Shown piece by piece: positions 1 to 10,974 of a stretch of DNA of 64,000 bases. Each line of letters starts with the position of its first letter. The first letter of the stretch is position 1. Source of the DNA: Caecitellus pseudoparvulus. Lineage: Eukaryota > Protista > Bigyra: Bicosoecida. Under the pieces are notes generated by a model. The model made no database searches and was not told the DNA's origin. It saw nothing but the letters and a program-made list of their open reading frames with translations. The stretch spans positions 558,001 to 622,000 of the forward strand of contig CBFFRQ010000053.1 in the NCBI GenBank assembly GCA_965644315.1, given 5' to 3'. The translations under genes and the position numbers were made by a program.

Positions 1-3000
1 GGCCTCGTACCAATCCCGCAGGGTGACGAGGTCCCCCACACACACCCCAACCTGCACGAACCCCCGCCCCTGCAGAGGGCCCACGCCCTGCCGCAGCCCG
101 AACAGCGGCACCGGCACGCCACCCCCCGCACCTTGCGAGTCCCGAGCCGAGGGGGGGTGGGGGGGGGTGTACGAGGGGGGTGTCCCCTCCCGCCACACCC
201 CCCTCGCCGCCGCCACCCGAGCTGCAAACACCGCCGCCCCCTCCACATCGACAGGCGGCGCGGGCAGGAAGGGCAGGACGCGCGTGGTGGGCGCCAGCAC
301 CCCCAGCGGCGACCCCCACTCCTCCATGCCTGCCAGCGCCTCCAGCACACTGTTCAGGCTGTGCGAGCGCAGCAACACATCCCCCGCTGCCGCCAGCTGT
401 GCCCGACACATGCGGCCCAGAGCGTCCCCCACGGCGCACAGGACGCCCGAGGCGGCGGCAGTGGCGCGCAGCGTGCACTGCAGGCGCCGTGACAGGTGGG
501 GGTCCGCCCGGTGCAGGAGGAGGGGGGTGGAGGGGGGGTATGGCAGGGCCTGAGCTTTGGCGGTGAGGGCAGCTCCCCGCGCCACCCCCCTGCCCGCCAC
601 GACGGCGGCGAAGTGCAGGGCACGGGCCAGGCGGGGCAGCAGCATGACCGCCTCCCACGCCCAGGGGGCCGTGTCCGGTCCGGGGACCAGGGTGGACAGG
701 GCGGTGTCCCCCCCCCCCATACCGTGCCGGGACAGCGCCCCACCGACCAGCGCCGTGGGAACTTGCGCCGCCTGGCCCAGGGCAGCCAGGGATGGGGCGG
801 CGAGTGTGAGGGGCACCTCCAGCACCGCCAGGGGGGGGGTGCTGGTGCAGGAGGGGTCCCACGCCTGGGCTTGCTCGGACAACCAGTCCAGTGCCGCCTG
901 CCCCTCCCCCAGCTGCATGGGGTGCGGCAGCCATGGGCGCAGCCATGCGCCCACCACGCCGCAAAGGGTGGTCAGGGGCGGGCCCTCCTGAATGCATGAC
1001 CTGAAGTCGCGCAGGAGGCCCGTGCAGCTGGCCACGGCAGAGTGCCCCCACGTCAGCAGCAGCTGCAGGCGCAGGGGGGGGTCCAGGGGGGGGTCCACGG
1101 GCTCCTCCGCCACCCCCTCCCCGTCAGCGTACAGCGCCTGCACCACCTCCCGAGGGGGGGGGCGGTAGGATCGCCTGTTGATGGCGGCCGCGTGCTGCAG
1201 GGGCGCGAACGCCGCCGCCAGCCCCGTCGCCACCCGCCCCCACTGCGACACGCCGCCCGGCGGACCCAGCACCTCAGTCACCGTGGGCGTCAGAGCAGCG
1301 GCCAAGGCGGCGTCATGGCCTGCCGTGCCCACAGCCACCACCGCCCCGCCCTGGCACGTCACGGGGCGCCGACTCAGGGCGTGGGCGTGGTCCGCCAGAC
1401 GGCGTGCCAGCGTGGACATCAGGCGCAGCCAGCACAGGTGCAGGAACAAGGCCAGTGGGCAGCCGCCCTGGGCTGCCTCCAGGTCGGGATCCGGCAAGCC
1501 ACGGAGGAGGGTGTCCCAGAGGGGGGGGTGCCCCCCCCCTCCGCTGGGGACGAGGGGGGGTGCGGGCAGCTCCACCGCCACCTTCGCCGCGTCGGCTGCG
1601 GGTCGCAGGGCGGCGCGCACCTTGGTCGCAGCAGTGGTGGACGGCGCCAGGGGGGTCTTGCGGCTCACCCGCGCACTGCGGCGACCCGCCATGCGAGCAG
1701 CAACACTGGGCGCCACGGGGGCAGTGTGGGCAGCGGCAGCGCGGAGGGGGGGTCGGTCGCACCGGCGGAGGGGGATGTCCAGGAGTGCCGCCGCCGCCTC
1801 GGGCAAATGCTGGGCAAGTGCCGTGAGCACGTGCATCGCCGCCGCCCGGCACACGGTGAGGAGGGCTGCCACTGCCTGGGAGGGGGGGGTGGCCGTGTCC
1901 CAGGGAGGGGGGGTCAGAGCCAGGTGCAGCAGGGTGGTGAGGAGGGGGGTGAGGTCCCCCCCTTCCCCCCCCTCATCCCCCCCAGGCAACGCCTCTACCA
2001 GCTCCCGGCACTGGTCAGCCACAGCTTGCAAGGCGGGGGTGGGCGTCGCGGCGGCAGCGGCAGGGGCGGCGGGCTGGCGCAGGTGGAGCAGGCTCAGCAG
2101 ACACCGGGCCACACTGACCTGCTCCACCTCCGCTGCTGAGGGCAGGGCCAGCAGGCGGAGGGGGGTGGGGGAAGGGACGTGTGGCGCCACCCCCGCACAC
2201 ACTTGCGCCAGCAGCGCCTCGCCTGTGTGGGCCAGGGACAGCAGGAGGAGGAGGGGGGCGGGGGCGCGGGTGGTGGCCACTTGCAGGGCGCGGGCGAGGG
2301 GTGTGAGGGGGGGGGTGGCACCCCCCTCCTCGGCGGCGGCCGCAGCGGCCACTGCCTGAGGAGTGACCAAGCGGGGTGCGGAGGATTCGTCGGGGGGGGG
2401 CATGGGGGGGGGGCTGCCGGAGGGCCCCCTCCCCCCCCCTCGCGATGCTGACTCCATCTGCTCCACGTGCTCCCACACGCTATGCGCACTGGAGGGCGCG
2501 CCACTCACGGGAGACGACAGCGGCAGCACGGGTGTGACGGGGCCTGTGCTTTCCCGTCTCGCTCGCACGCTGATGTGGGTGGTGGTGAGGGGCGGCGGGG
2601 CAGAGCGAGGACGGGCGGAGCGGCCGGCCGCCACCCCTGCCGCCGCAGCACTGGCGCTTCGAAGCAGCTGTGGCTGGGGCGTGGAGGCCAACGTCACGCC
2701 AGCGGGGCTCCCCAGGGCAGCTGCCAGACGCGCCTCCAATTTCGCCACGCGCTGCTGGAAGGCCTTTTCGCGGTTGCTGGCCACCTTGGCCTTGGCGTCG
2801 CGTGTGCGTTGCAGCTCTTGCAACTCCAGCTGCAGCTGAGAATTCACGCCCTTCAGCTTGTGCAGCTCCTCCGTCGCAGAGCTCTCGGCTGCGCCCACTT
2901 TGTCTCGCATTTCCACGTTCAGAGCGGCCAGGGTCAGCTGCAAGTCGCTGCTTTGGCTCTGCGCGCTGGCCAGCTGCGCCGCCAACGCAGCGTTTCGTTT

Positions 3001-3417
3001 CTCCAACGCTTGCAGCCTCGCCTGCAGCACTTTGCGCTCGTTGGCTTGGCCAACACTGTCTAGGGGTGTAGAGGCAGTCCTAGAAGCCGTGCCTGCCGCT
3101 GCCACTGGGCGCCGGGGTGGTGCTGGCATGCTGGTGGCTGCTGCGCTGGACTGCTGCGTGCCCAGCGGGGTGGGGGACGGGAGGGGGCTGGGGCCCTCCG
3201 CCGACCCCGGCGTGTGTATGGACCCCACAGGCTGGCGAGGGGGAATGCTGGGGATGGCTGCTTGGCTATCTGGCACTGCCTGTGTGCTGCGGTGCCGCAC
3301 GGGGAGGGGTGGCGGCATGGCTCTGGAGCTGCGCCCACTGGGTGACCCAGTTCCCGACGCCGGAACTTGTGACAACGCCAAGGTCGGCTGCCCAGGGCCA
3401 TCCCTTCGAGTAGCCAT
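1..3417 (-). CDS. Unknown protein, 3' end outside the window: disordered N-terminus, coiled coil, then Leu/Ala-rich helical region
   Basis: ATG at 3417 (MATRRDGPGQ...), upstream in-frame stop at 3496-3498. The ORF track lists no stop-terminated ORF in this frame below that point, so it appears open to base 1. Heptad segment ERKVLQARLQALEKRNAALAAQL...LQLELQELQR at ~2720-3040. The many + strand ORFs here are antisense shadows. Confidence 0.75.
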   Translation of the reverse strand, partial: MATRRDGPGQPTLALSQVPASGTGSPSGRSSRAMPPPLPVRHRSTQAVPDSQAAIPSIPPRQPVGSIHTPGSAEGPSPLPSPTPLGTQQSSAAATSMPAPPRRPVAAAGTASRTASTPLDSVGQANERKVLQARLQALEKRNAALAAQLASAQSQSSDLQLTLAALNVEMRDKVGAAESSATEELHKLKGVNSQLQLELQELQRTRDAKAKVASNREKAFQQRVAKLEARLAAALGSPAGVTLASTPQPQLLRSASAAAAGVAAGRSARPRSAPPPLTTTHISVRARRESTGPVTPVLPLSSPVSGAPSSAHSVWEHVEQMESASRGGGRGPSGSPPPMPPPDESSAPRLVTPQAVAAAAAAEEGGATPPLTPLARALQVATTRAPAPLLLLLSLAHTGEALLAQVCAGVAPHVPSPTPLRLLALPSAAEVEQVSVARCLLSLLHLRQPAAPAAAAATPTPALQAVADQCRELVEALPGGDEGGEGGDLTPLLTTLLHLALTPPPWDTATPPSQAVAALLTVCRAAAMHVLTALAQHLPEAAAALLDIPLRRCDRPPLRAAAAHTAPVAPSVAARMAGRRSARVSRKTPLAPSTTAATKVRAALRPAADAAKVAVELPAPPLVPSGGGGHPPLWDTLLRGLPDPDLEAAQGGCPLALFLHLCWLRLMSTLARRLADHAHALSRRPVTCQGGAVVAVGTAGHDAALAAALTPTVTEVLGPPGGVSQWGRVATGLAAAFAPLQHAAAINRRSYRPPPREVVQALYADGEGVAEEPVDPPLDPPLRLQLLLTWGHSAVASCTGLLRDFRSCIQEGPPLTTLCGVVGAWLRPWLPHPMQLGEGQAALDWLSEQAQAWDPSCTSTPPLAVLEVPLTLAAPSLAALGQAAQVPTALVGGALSRHGMGGGDTALSTLVPGPDTAPWAWEAVMLLPRLARALHFAAVVAGRGVARGAALTAKAQALPYPPSTPLLLHRADPHLSRRLQCTLRATAAASGVLCAVGDALGRMCRAQLAAAGDVLLRSHSLNSVLEALAGMEEWGSPLGVLAPTTRVLPFLPAPPVDVEGAAVFAARVAAARGVWREGTPPSYTPPHPPSARDSQGAGGGVPVPLFGLRQGVGPLQGRGFVQVGVCVGDLVTLRDWYEA

Positions 3418-3882
3418 GCCAGGCTGCCACCCAAAACCACGGGGGGGGGCAAGCTTCGATGGCTCGCGCCGGCTCGGGTGCCTGCTGTGCCCTGCTCAAA
3501 TACCGCACACGCAAGTGCGGGCCAGGGGCTTGGCAGTGTTGGCGGAGCCTGGGCCACTCCGCCGAGGGCGTAAAGGCGCGGAGCAAGCACGCTGCATGGC
3601 TTGGCTCAGCCACTCGCGCACTGCTTTGGGTTTGGGGGCGCCTGATCGATGCTCTGGTCTGAGGCAGCTGGCCCTCGCTGCAGCCGGCGACGGCGCACCA
3701 CACACCCCTCGAGAACAAACTCGATACGCACCCACACCCCTCAAGGCTCGGCCAAGAGTGTGAGCTTGCGCCTGGCGCCCCCCCACCCCTGCACCGCTTC
3801 AGCTGCACGTGCGCTGGTTCGGCATCTGCCACGCAAGCATCGCTGCGCTGTCACGTGCTCACGTGTGCCCCAGCCCGTCACC

Positions 3883-4201
3883 ATGGCAGAGGAGCTCCGC
3901 GTCGCCAAGCACTTCCCCAAGGTTTTGAAGCCATGCAAAGACGTGGCCAAGCCGTTCTTTGACTGCTTCTCCACCAACAGCGTGCAGCCAGAGGGCGGGG
4001 TGCGTCCCGTGTTACGCTTGCGTTTCGTCCCGCACCCCCCACGCAGCTGCCGCCTCCCCGCCCTCGCAGGATGCTGACGCAGGCCGCAAGGCCCTGGCAA
4101 AGTGTGTGGATGAGATGCAGGCGTATGATGCCTGTATGGTGAAGCACATGCCCAAGCATGGGACCCTGTACCGGGTGCCAGAGGCGTACCGGGAGCGCTG
4201 A
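3883..4201 (+). CDS. Small twin-CX9C (CHCH-type) protein, probably mitochondrial intermembrane space; 2 exons
   Basis: Exon 3883-3999, intron 4000-4069 (GTGCGT..CGCAG), exon 4070-4201. The spliced ~82 aa contains CKDVAKPFFDC and CVDEMQAYDAC, both CX9C. Confidence 0.8.
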
Positions 4202-4210
4202 CGCGTGCAT

Positions 4211-5104
4211 TCATCGGTCCACCTTCACGCCGGTCTGGGCAGCCATCTCCCGAGTCCACGCCTCGACATCAGCCCGGGCTGGAGCCTTGCCTTCCATCTC
4301 GTCTGCCTCCTCGTACTCCCCTGTCGTGCCGTCCAGCTTCCCAGTGCGGAAGAAGGTGTACGACAGCGTGACCTCCCGCACATCGCTCATGGACGGGTCA
4401 TCCACAAATTCAGGGTCAATGTAGAAGAAAATGGGCATGTCGATCTCCTCCCGGGGCCGCAGGCGCTGCTCCTCGAAGCAGAAACACTGGATCTTGTTGA
4501 AGTACACGCCCGCCTTCATGGGCGTGACGTTGTACGTGCTGACGCCAGTGATGGCCTCGGGGGCGGGGTTGTGTGCCTGGTAAAACGCCAGGGCTGTCTC
4601 ACCTGGCACCACCTTCACCGTGCGCTGCGCTGGCACGAAGTCCCACGGCATCGTGTCGGCAGTGTCGGCGTTGAAGTGCACGGTGATGGGGCGGGCGCCT
4701 TCCACGGGTTTCATGGCTTTGAAACGCTCCACCTTGGCCCGCTGAATTGTGCCGCCGTAGCCCGTCGCCTGGCAGAAGGCTTGGTACAGGGGCACTGCAG
4801 CGTAGCTCAAACCCACGAAACCGATGGCTGCAGAGGCGATGTACACGGCCACTGTGATGTTGCGGTTCTCGCCTGAGCCGGCCGCTTGCTTCCCTGCGTT
4901 GCAGCGACAGAGGCACGCGTTGCGCGGCAGCGAAGGGGTGGCGAGCACAGCAGGGGGTGCCTCACCGAACTTTGCTGCTGCAGGTGATGCGTGCAGGCCT
5001 GTACAGGTGCCGGCCGTGAGGGAAGTGGCGTGCGTTGCCCGGGTTTGCTGTGTGCCACGCCGCAAATTACGCACACCTGGCGCCGCGGGGGCTGAGCATC
5101 GCAC
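4211..5104 (-). CDS. COX11: Cytochrome c oxidase assembly copper chaperone COX11/CtaG; 5' exons and true start unresolved (probably upstream of 5104)
   Basis: TM segment followed by SYAAVPLYQAFCQATGYGGT, VVPGETALAFY, YFNKIQCFCFEEQRL (CFC copper site), DMPIFFYIDPEF, TLSYTFF. Confidence 0.95.
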   Translation of the reverse strand: MRCSAPAAPGVRNLRRGTQQTRATHATSLTAGTCTGLHASPAAAKFGEAPPAVLATPSLPRNACLCRCNAGKQAAGSGENRNITVAVYIASAAIGFVGLSYAAVPLYQAFCQATGYGGTIQRAKVERFKAMKPVEGARPITVHFNADTADTMPWDFVPAQRTVKVVPGETALAFYQAHNPAPEAITGVSTYNVTPMKAGVYFNKIQCFCFEEQRLRPREEIDMPIFFYIDPEFVDDPSMSDVREVTLSYTFFRTGKLDGTTGEYEEADEMEGKAPARADVEAWTREMAAQTGVKVDR

Positions 5105-5655
5105 GGGGGAAGGCGGCGGCGGCTTGGAGGTGAGTCGGAATGCCAGCGCTCAACGCTCGCGCAGCAGCGCTGGCCATGGCCATGGCAGCAGCGCCTGTGG
5201 GCACAAAGTGCCGTGCAGGCGCCCTGGCGTTTCAGCTGCCAACGTCACGCCTGATGCCAGGCTGACTGGGACTCGCACCACACCGGCAGCAGGGCAGTGG
5301 CCGGGAAGTGGCAAGCAGGGTCAGTAAGATATGGTCGTCATGTTTTGATGCGGATTGTCCAGTGCTGCGGGGGGCCTCCACGAACGAGGAGGGAGGCCGC
5401 TTCTGCGTCGGCGGCGTGGCCGGGTGCAGGCACAGGCACTTCCCGGCCCCGTCAGCCACCGGCCCTGCGCAGACGACGGGTCAGGGCAAACACGAAACGC
5501 AGGGGAAGGCCGCTGCGGGACACTCTCCATCCCGCCCCTGCCCCGTCCCAACGATGCCTGCCGTCGCTACAGCGGGGGTAGTGTGCTGTCTCCCCGTGGG
5601 CATGTGCGGAAGTTGAGCTGCCCCTGAACAAGGCACGCTTTCCGCCTCGTGCGCC

Positions 5656-8600
5656 ATGCCGGGCAAGAAGCGCTCCCGCAAGGAGGCGGCTGCCGCGCCA
5701 GAAGGCCCTGTTCTGGACCCCTCCATCTTCGGAAACCCAGACGAGCAGTACGGCAGCAGCACTGCGCCGTCCATGGTGGTGCAGGAATCCAACAGCGGCC
5801 ACGCACACCGCCGTCGATCAGCGCGACAAGCTGCCGAGGCGGAGCCGGCGACTCGCACCGAGCGCCGGCTGTCCAAGAGCAAGCAGCGAAAGCTGAAGAA
5901 GTTGGCTGTGCGTGCGCGCTCGCTGCGCGCCCTGCTGCGCCTGTCAGCCACCCGCATGTGGTTGGACCAATTTCCGCCCCGCAGGAAGAGAAGATCAAAC
6001 GAGAACGCCGCGCAGGCCTGTACTCGTCCCTGGCCCAGCACGCCCTCAAAGACAAGGAAGCCGCCCTCATCAAGGGCAGTGGGCGCTTGGGTCAAGCCGA
6101 CACCCTGCGCCAGCGCCTCAAACGAGACATGCAGCTGCAGCGCATGGGCATGCAGGTGCAGGGCGAGTCTCAGCTGGTTGTGGAGGCGACGCCCGCTGCC
6201 CCGGCCGCTGAAACTGCGGCGCCCGAGCCAGCGCTGCCAGAGGCGTCTCCCACGCCCCCCCCTCCGCCCCCCGCCACCGCTTCCGCTGGCTTCAGCATCG
6301 ACCTCGCCGCTGCCAGCGCCGGCAAAACCAGCGCCACAGCGGCTCCCAGCGCCCCACCCACGGTGCCACTGACTGAGGACGAGGACGTGGCAGCTGCAGT
6401 GGCGCGCCTGGCGGCTCTGCGTGCCAAGAATGCCGCCCTGGCCGCTCGTGGTGCTGCGGCAACGCAGGACGACGCACGGCACGGCACGGGTGAAGGAGGT
6501 GGGAGTGACTCCCCCGCCCAGCCGGGCCAAGCGCCCGCCACGTCAGTGGTCAAGCCTGGCTACGTGCCTGGCCGTGACCTGGTCATGGACATGGCGTCGG
6601 CGCTGGCGCGGCGTTCCCTGGCGGCGCAGGCTGCGGAAATTGAGGCTGCTGGCCTGCACGGCTCCGGCCGCCGCCGCCTGTCCCGCGCGGAGCGCAAGGC
6701 ACGCGCCAAGGCAACCTTTGCTGCCCGGCGTGCGACAGTGTCGGTGCCGCGCAGTGCCGAGTTGAGTGCCGCGCGCATGGAGCTGCCAGTGTGCGGCATG
6801 GAACAGGAGATCATGGAGGGCGTGTATGAGAACGATGTGCTGATCCTGTGTGGCGAGACGGGCTCCGGCAAGACGACGCAGGTGCCGCAGTTCCTGTACG
6901 AGGCGGGCTTCGGCACAGCTGGCGGCACGCCAGGCATGGTGGCCGTGACGCAGCCCCGGCGCGTGGCGGCGGTGGCCATGGCCAACCGTGTCGCGACGGA
7001 GCTGTGCACCAAGGTGGGCGGCAGTGGGCATGTCGGGTACCAGGTGCGATACGACGCCAGCCACGTGTCCAGCCACACCCGGGTGAAGTTTCTGACAGAC
7101 GGCATTCTCCTGCGGGAGATGCAGTCGGACCTGCTCCTGCGCCGCTACAGCGTCATCATCCTGGACGAAGCCCACGAGCGGAATTTGAACACAGACGTCC
7201 TCATCGGCCTCCTCTCCCGTGCAGTGCCCCTGCGCAACGCCATGGTGTCTGCTGGCGCCCTGCCCCCAGACGTGCCGCCGTTGAAGCTGATCATCATGTC
7301 TGCCACCCTGCGTGTGTCAGATTTCACCGAGAACAAGGTGCTCTTTCCGCAGCCGCCGCCCGTCGTGCACGTCAAGGCCCGGCAGTTCAAAGTGACGCCC
7401 CACTTCGCCCGCCGCACGGAGCTGAAGGAGTACACGGGGGAAGCCTTCCGTAAGGTGTGCAAGATCCACGACCGCCTGCCGCCGGGCGGCGTCCTCGTCT
7501 TCCTCACGGGGCAGCACGAAATCACGTCAATGGTGGACCGCCTGCGCACGCACTACCGTTTCCGCAAGCGCCGCGGGGGAGGGGGGGAGGGGGGGGGGAC
7601 ATGCCCCCCCCCCGATCCTACGCCAGCGCCCGCTGCCCCCGCCACTGCCGCCCCCACCAAGCGCTCAGACGTGCACGTGACGGCAGAGGAGGTGGCGGCG
7701 GCGGCGGTGAAAGCGGGGCGTTTCCCGGAAATCTCCCTGTCTGGCTCCACACCCGCTGCGGCGGCGGGTGCGGCCCCGCTCCTGCCCCCCCTTGACCCCT
7801 CCCCGAAGGTGGAGCCTGAGCCCGCTGATGACGCGAGCGTCTTCAGCCTGTCGGATGGCGAGGAGGAGGAGGAGGGTTCTGGCAGTGACTCGAGTAGCGG
7901 GAGTGACTCAGGAAGTGACTCGGACAGCGACAGTGACTCGGGCAGTGACAGTGGCAGCGACTTGGGCACTGCCAGCGCGCCCACTGCCGCCCCAGCCAGC
8001 GCAGCAGGTGCAGACGAGGAGGAGGATGAGGCGGGCCCCGTGCATGTGCTGCCGCTGTACGCAATGTTGTCCAAGGCCCAGCAAGCAGAGGTGTTCAAGC
8101 CGCCGCCCCCAGGCCACCGCCTCATCGTCGTCGGCACCAACGTGGCCGAGACGTCCATCACCATTCCCGGCATCAGGTGTGTTCCGTGTTCCGCCTCCCG
8201 TGTTCCGCCTTGCGTGTCTCCGCCGCCCCAGCACCCCCAGCCGGAGCGCTCTCAGCAGCACCCCCCACATCCGTGGTGGCCCACACGCCACCTGCCCCGC
8301 CTGCCTGAGCGGTCTTCGCAAGGGCAGTGCCGGGGTGCTGGGACGCTGGGGCGGCGGCACATTGCCCAGACACCCTCATAGTACACGCTGTCGTGCTTCC
8401 ATGCACCCCCGTGCCTCCTTGTGGTGCCACACTCCCCCCCCTTCACCCCCCTCACAGGTATGTCGTGGACTGCGGCCGAGTCAAGCGGCGGGTGTATGAC
8501 ACCAGGAACGGCGCCAGTCGCTTCGAAGTCGGGTGGATTTCCAAGGCTTCCTCGGAACAGCGCGCAGGGCGGGCGGGGCGAACGGGGCCAGGGCACGTGT

Positions 8601-10918
8601 ACCGCCTGTACTCCTCGGCCGTGTATGGGGATCAATTTCCGCAGTTCGACCAGCCAGAGGTGTGCTGCATGCCCCTGGACACCATGCTGCTGCAGTTGGT
8701 GGGCATGGGCATCAAGTCTCTCCTGAGTTTCCCCTTCCCCACCCCGCCACCCCGAGATGGCCTCGTGACTGCCATTCGGGCCCTGGTGCACTTGGGCGCA
8801 CTGGCCACGACGTCCAGCACCGTGCCCGCCTTCCTGCGCCCCCTGGATGAGCTGCCGGCAGGGGAGGGCGAGGCGGAGGAGGGGGGTGGTGGCGAGGCGG
8901 CCCACCCCCCTGGGTACGACGACACCTCCACGGACACGGCGGAGTACGAGTTGACGGCACTGGGCACGGCGCTGGCTGAGATCCCCGTGGCGCCCGCCCT
9001 GGGCAAGATGCTGGTGGTGGGGCGGCAGCGCAAACTGCTGCCGCACGTCCTGGCCTGTGTCGCGGGCATGACGGTGCAGGACCCCTTCATCCGCCCGCGC
9101 CTGCAGGTGAGCAGCAAGGCCCCCAAGGCCGCCGCCACGGGGTCCGGGGAGGGGGGGGACACCGCCCCCTCCCTGGGGGATGGCTCCGACTGGGAGGAGG
9201 ATGACGTCACCCTGAACGTGACGTGGTCCTCCTCCGAGGACGAGGACGACGGCGATGAGGATGAGGACAGTGACGCGGAGTTGCTGGACCCCGAGCTAGC
9301 AGCCCGGCGTGCGGCGGCGGCGGATGCGGTGGCCCAGCGCAAGGCACAGTGGGTGGAGCGCCAGCGGCAGCGGCAGAAGGAGGCGGTGGCCAGCGCCAAG
9401 GCTGCCCACGCCACCTGGCGCCACCCCCAGTCAGACGTGCTGACCATCATGCGAGTGGCGGGGGCGTACGCCCATGCAGCGACAGAGGAGGTGCGTCGGC
9501 GGGCAGCGGTGGTGGTGACAGAGGGCCCCCCCCCCGCGTACCTGTGGGTGGACGCCCCCCAGCACAAGATGCGGGACGCCGATGGCGCCGCCTTCTGCCG
9601 GGCGCAGTGGGTGCGGGGCAAGGGCATGCTGGAGGTGTTCCAGCTGCGCCGCCAGCTGTGGCAAGTGCTCGTGCGTGAGTCACTGGCGCCCCTGCCGCCG
9701 TTCCCCAAGGCTGTGGCCAAGGCGGTGCACGGCGTCGCCCTCCCCGCGGCATTGACCCACCTCCCCCGCGCTCTGGGCCCACCCTCCCCAAGGGGCCTCC
9801 GTGCAGCCGAGGCCGCATCCTCTGCCTCTCTGGATGCGAGCGAGGCTGTGGAGGCGGCGGACACAGAGGAGCTTGCGGAGGAGGAGGGTGAGGAGGCGCG
9901 CGAGGGTGCGGGTGTGCTGCCGGCACCCCCCATCCCCGCCCACCAGGGGGGCCGCAAGACACAGCCCCCCGGCACCCTCACCACCCTGCGCCCTCTCCGC
10001 TCTCGCATGCTGACATGGCAGGACACGTACACGCCCCGGCTGAAAGTACCCTCCCCCCGGCGGGAGCTGCTGCTGCGGCAGGTGGTGGCCGCGGGCCTCA
10101 TCACGCGTGTGGCCCGGCGGGCACCTGCCGACCGCGTGGGCGCCCTGCTCCTGGCGTCTGGCGTGACGCACACGCTGTCCACCACCGCCCAGGCCCGCCT
10201 CAAGGGGTCTGTCGTGCCGTACCTGCCAGCGGACCGTAGCCTGCCCTCGCCGCTGTTCGTGCACCCTGGCTCGGCAGTGGCCAGCGAGACCACCAGCGGC
10301 ATGCCGGGGTGGGTGGTGTTCACTGACGTCATCACCTCCTCTGCGGCACATGGGCGCACCTTCATGCGGGGCGTCACGGCGGTGGAGGCGGGGTGGCTCC
10401 CAGAGCTGGCGGCGGGCACGCCCCTGGTGCGGTATGGCCCCCCCCTGGACTCGCCCCTGCCCCTGTACGACGCCGCCGCGGACTGCGTCATGGCCTCCGT
10501 CGTGCCGCGTTTCGGGGACCACTCCTGGACCCTGCCAGTGACTCGCATCCCGCACCCTGACCCCGCCGCGCGCCTGCGGGTGTTTGGCCGCGCCCTGCTG
10601 GAGGGCGCTGTGCTGCCCTTCCCCGCTTGGCGGGCCCTCACTGCCACCCTGGCCGCACCTGCCAGCCTCATCACCAAGGGCGCCCCCGCCAAGCGAGTCG
10701 CTGCCCTGGTGGGGGCGCTGGCAGCTGCAGGCGTCGACTGCCGCGCACGCTTGATGGAGGTGTGGAGCTCCCAGCCAGGGTGGCTGCTGCCAGAAATCGC
10801 GCAGTGGCTGCCCAAATCTGCCACTGCCGGGCTGCAGGCGGTGTGGCGCAAGGTGGTGGCGGCGGCGCTGGTGTGGGCGGAGGGGCCAGCGCAGGCGAAA
10901 CGCCGACGCCGCGAATGA
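5656..10918 (+). CDS. DHX37: DEAH-box RNA helicase DHX37/Dhr1 (small-subunit biogenesis); 3 exons
   Basis: Introns 5908-5984 and 8177-8457 join the ORFs in frame. Motifs [67 protein letters not shown]; DHX37-like N-terminus (LSKSKQRKLKKL) and ARMELPVCGMEQEIME. Confidence 0.93.
7861..7962 (+). repeat. Coding low-complexity Glu then Ser/Asp/Gly repeat inside DHX37
   Basis: Reiterated AGTGAC units encoding EEEEEGSGSDSSSGSDSGSDSDSDSDSGSD. Confidence 0.7.
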
Positions 10919-10974
10919 GCGCCCGACGGGTCACGCAACTGACCATGGTATGAATTCAAGAATACAACGCAGAG

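Noticed and set aside
8632-10959. Long opposite-strand ORFs (also 19417-21651, 27047-29434, 42994-44730, 50016-52112)
   Set aside because: Antisense shadows of GC-rich genes: Ser/Ala/Arg-rich, no motifs, overlapping better-supported genes.
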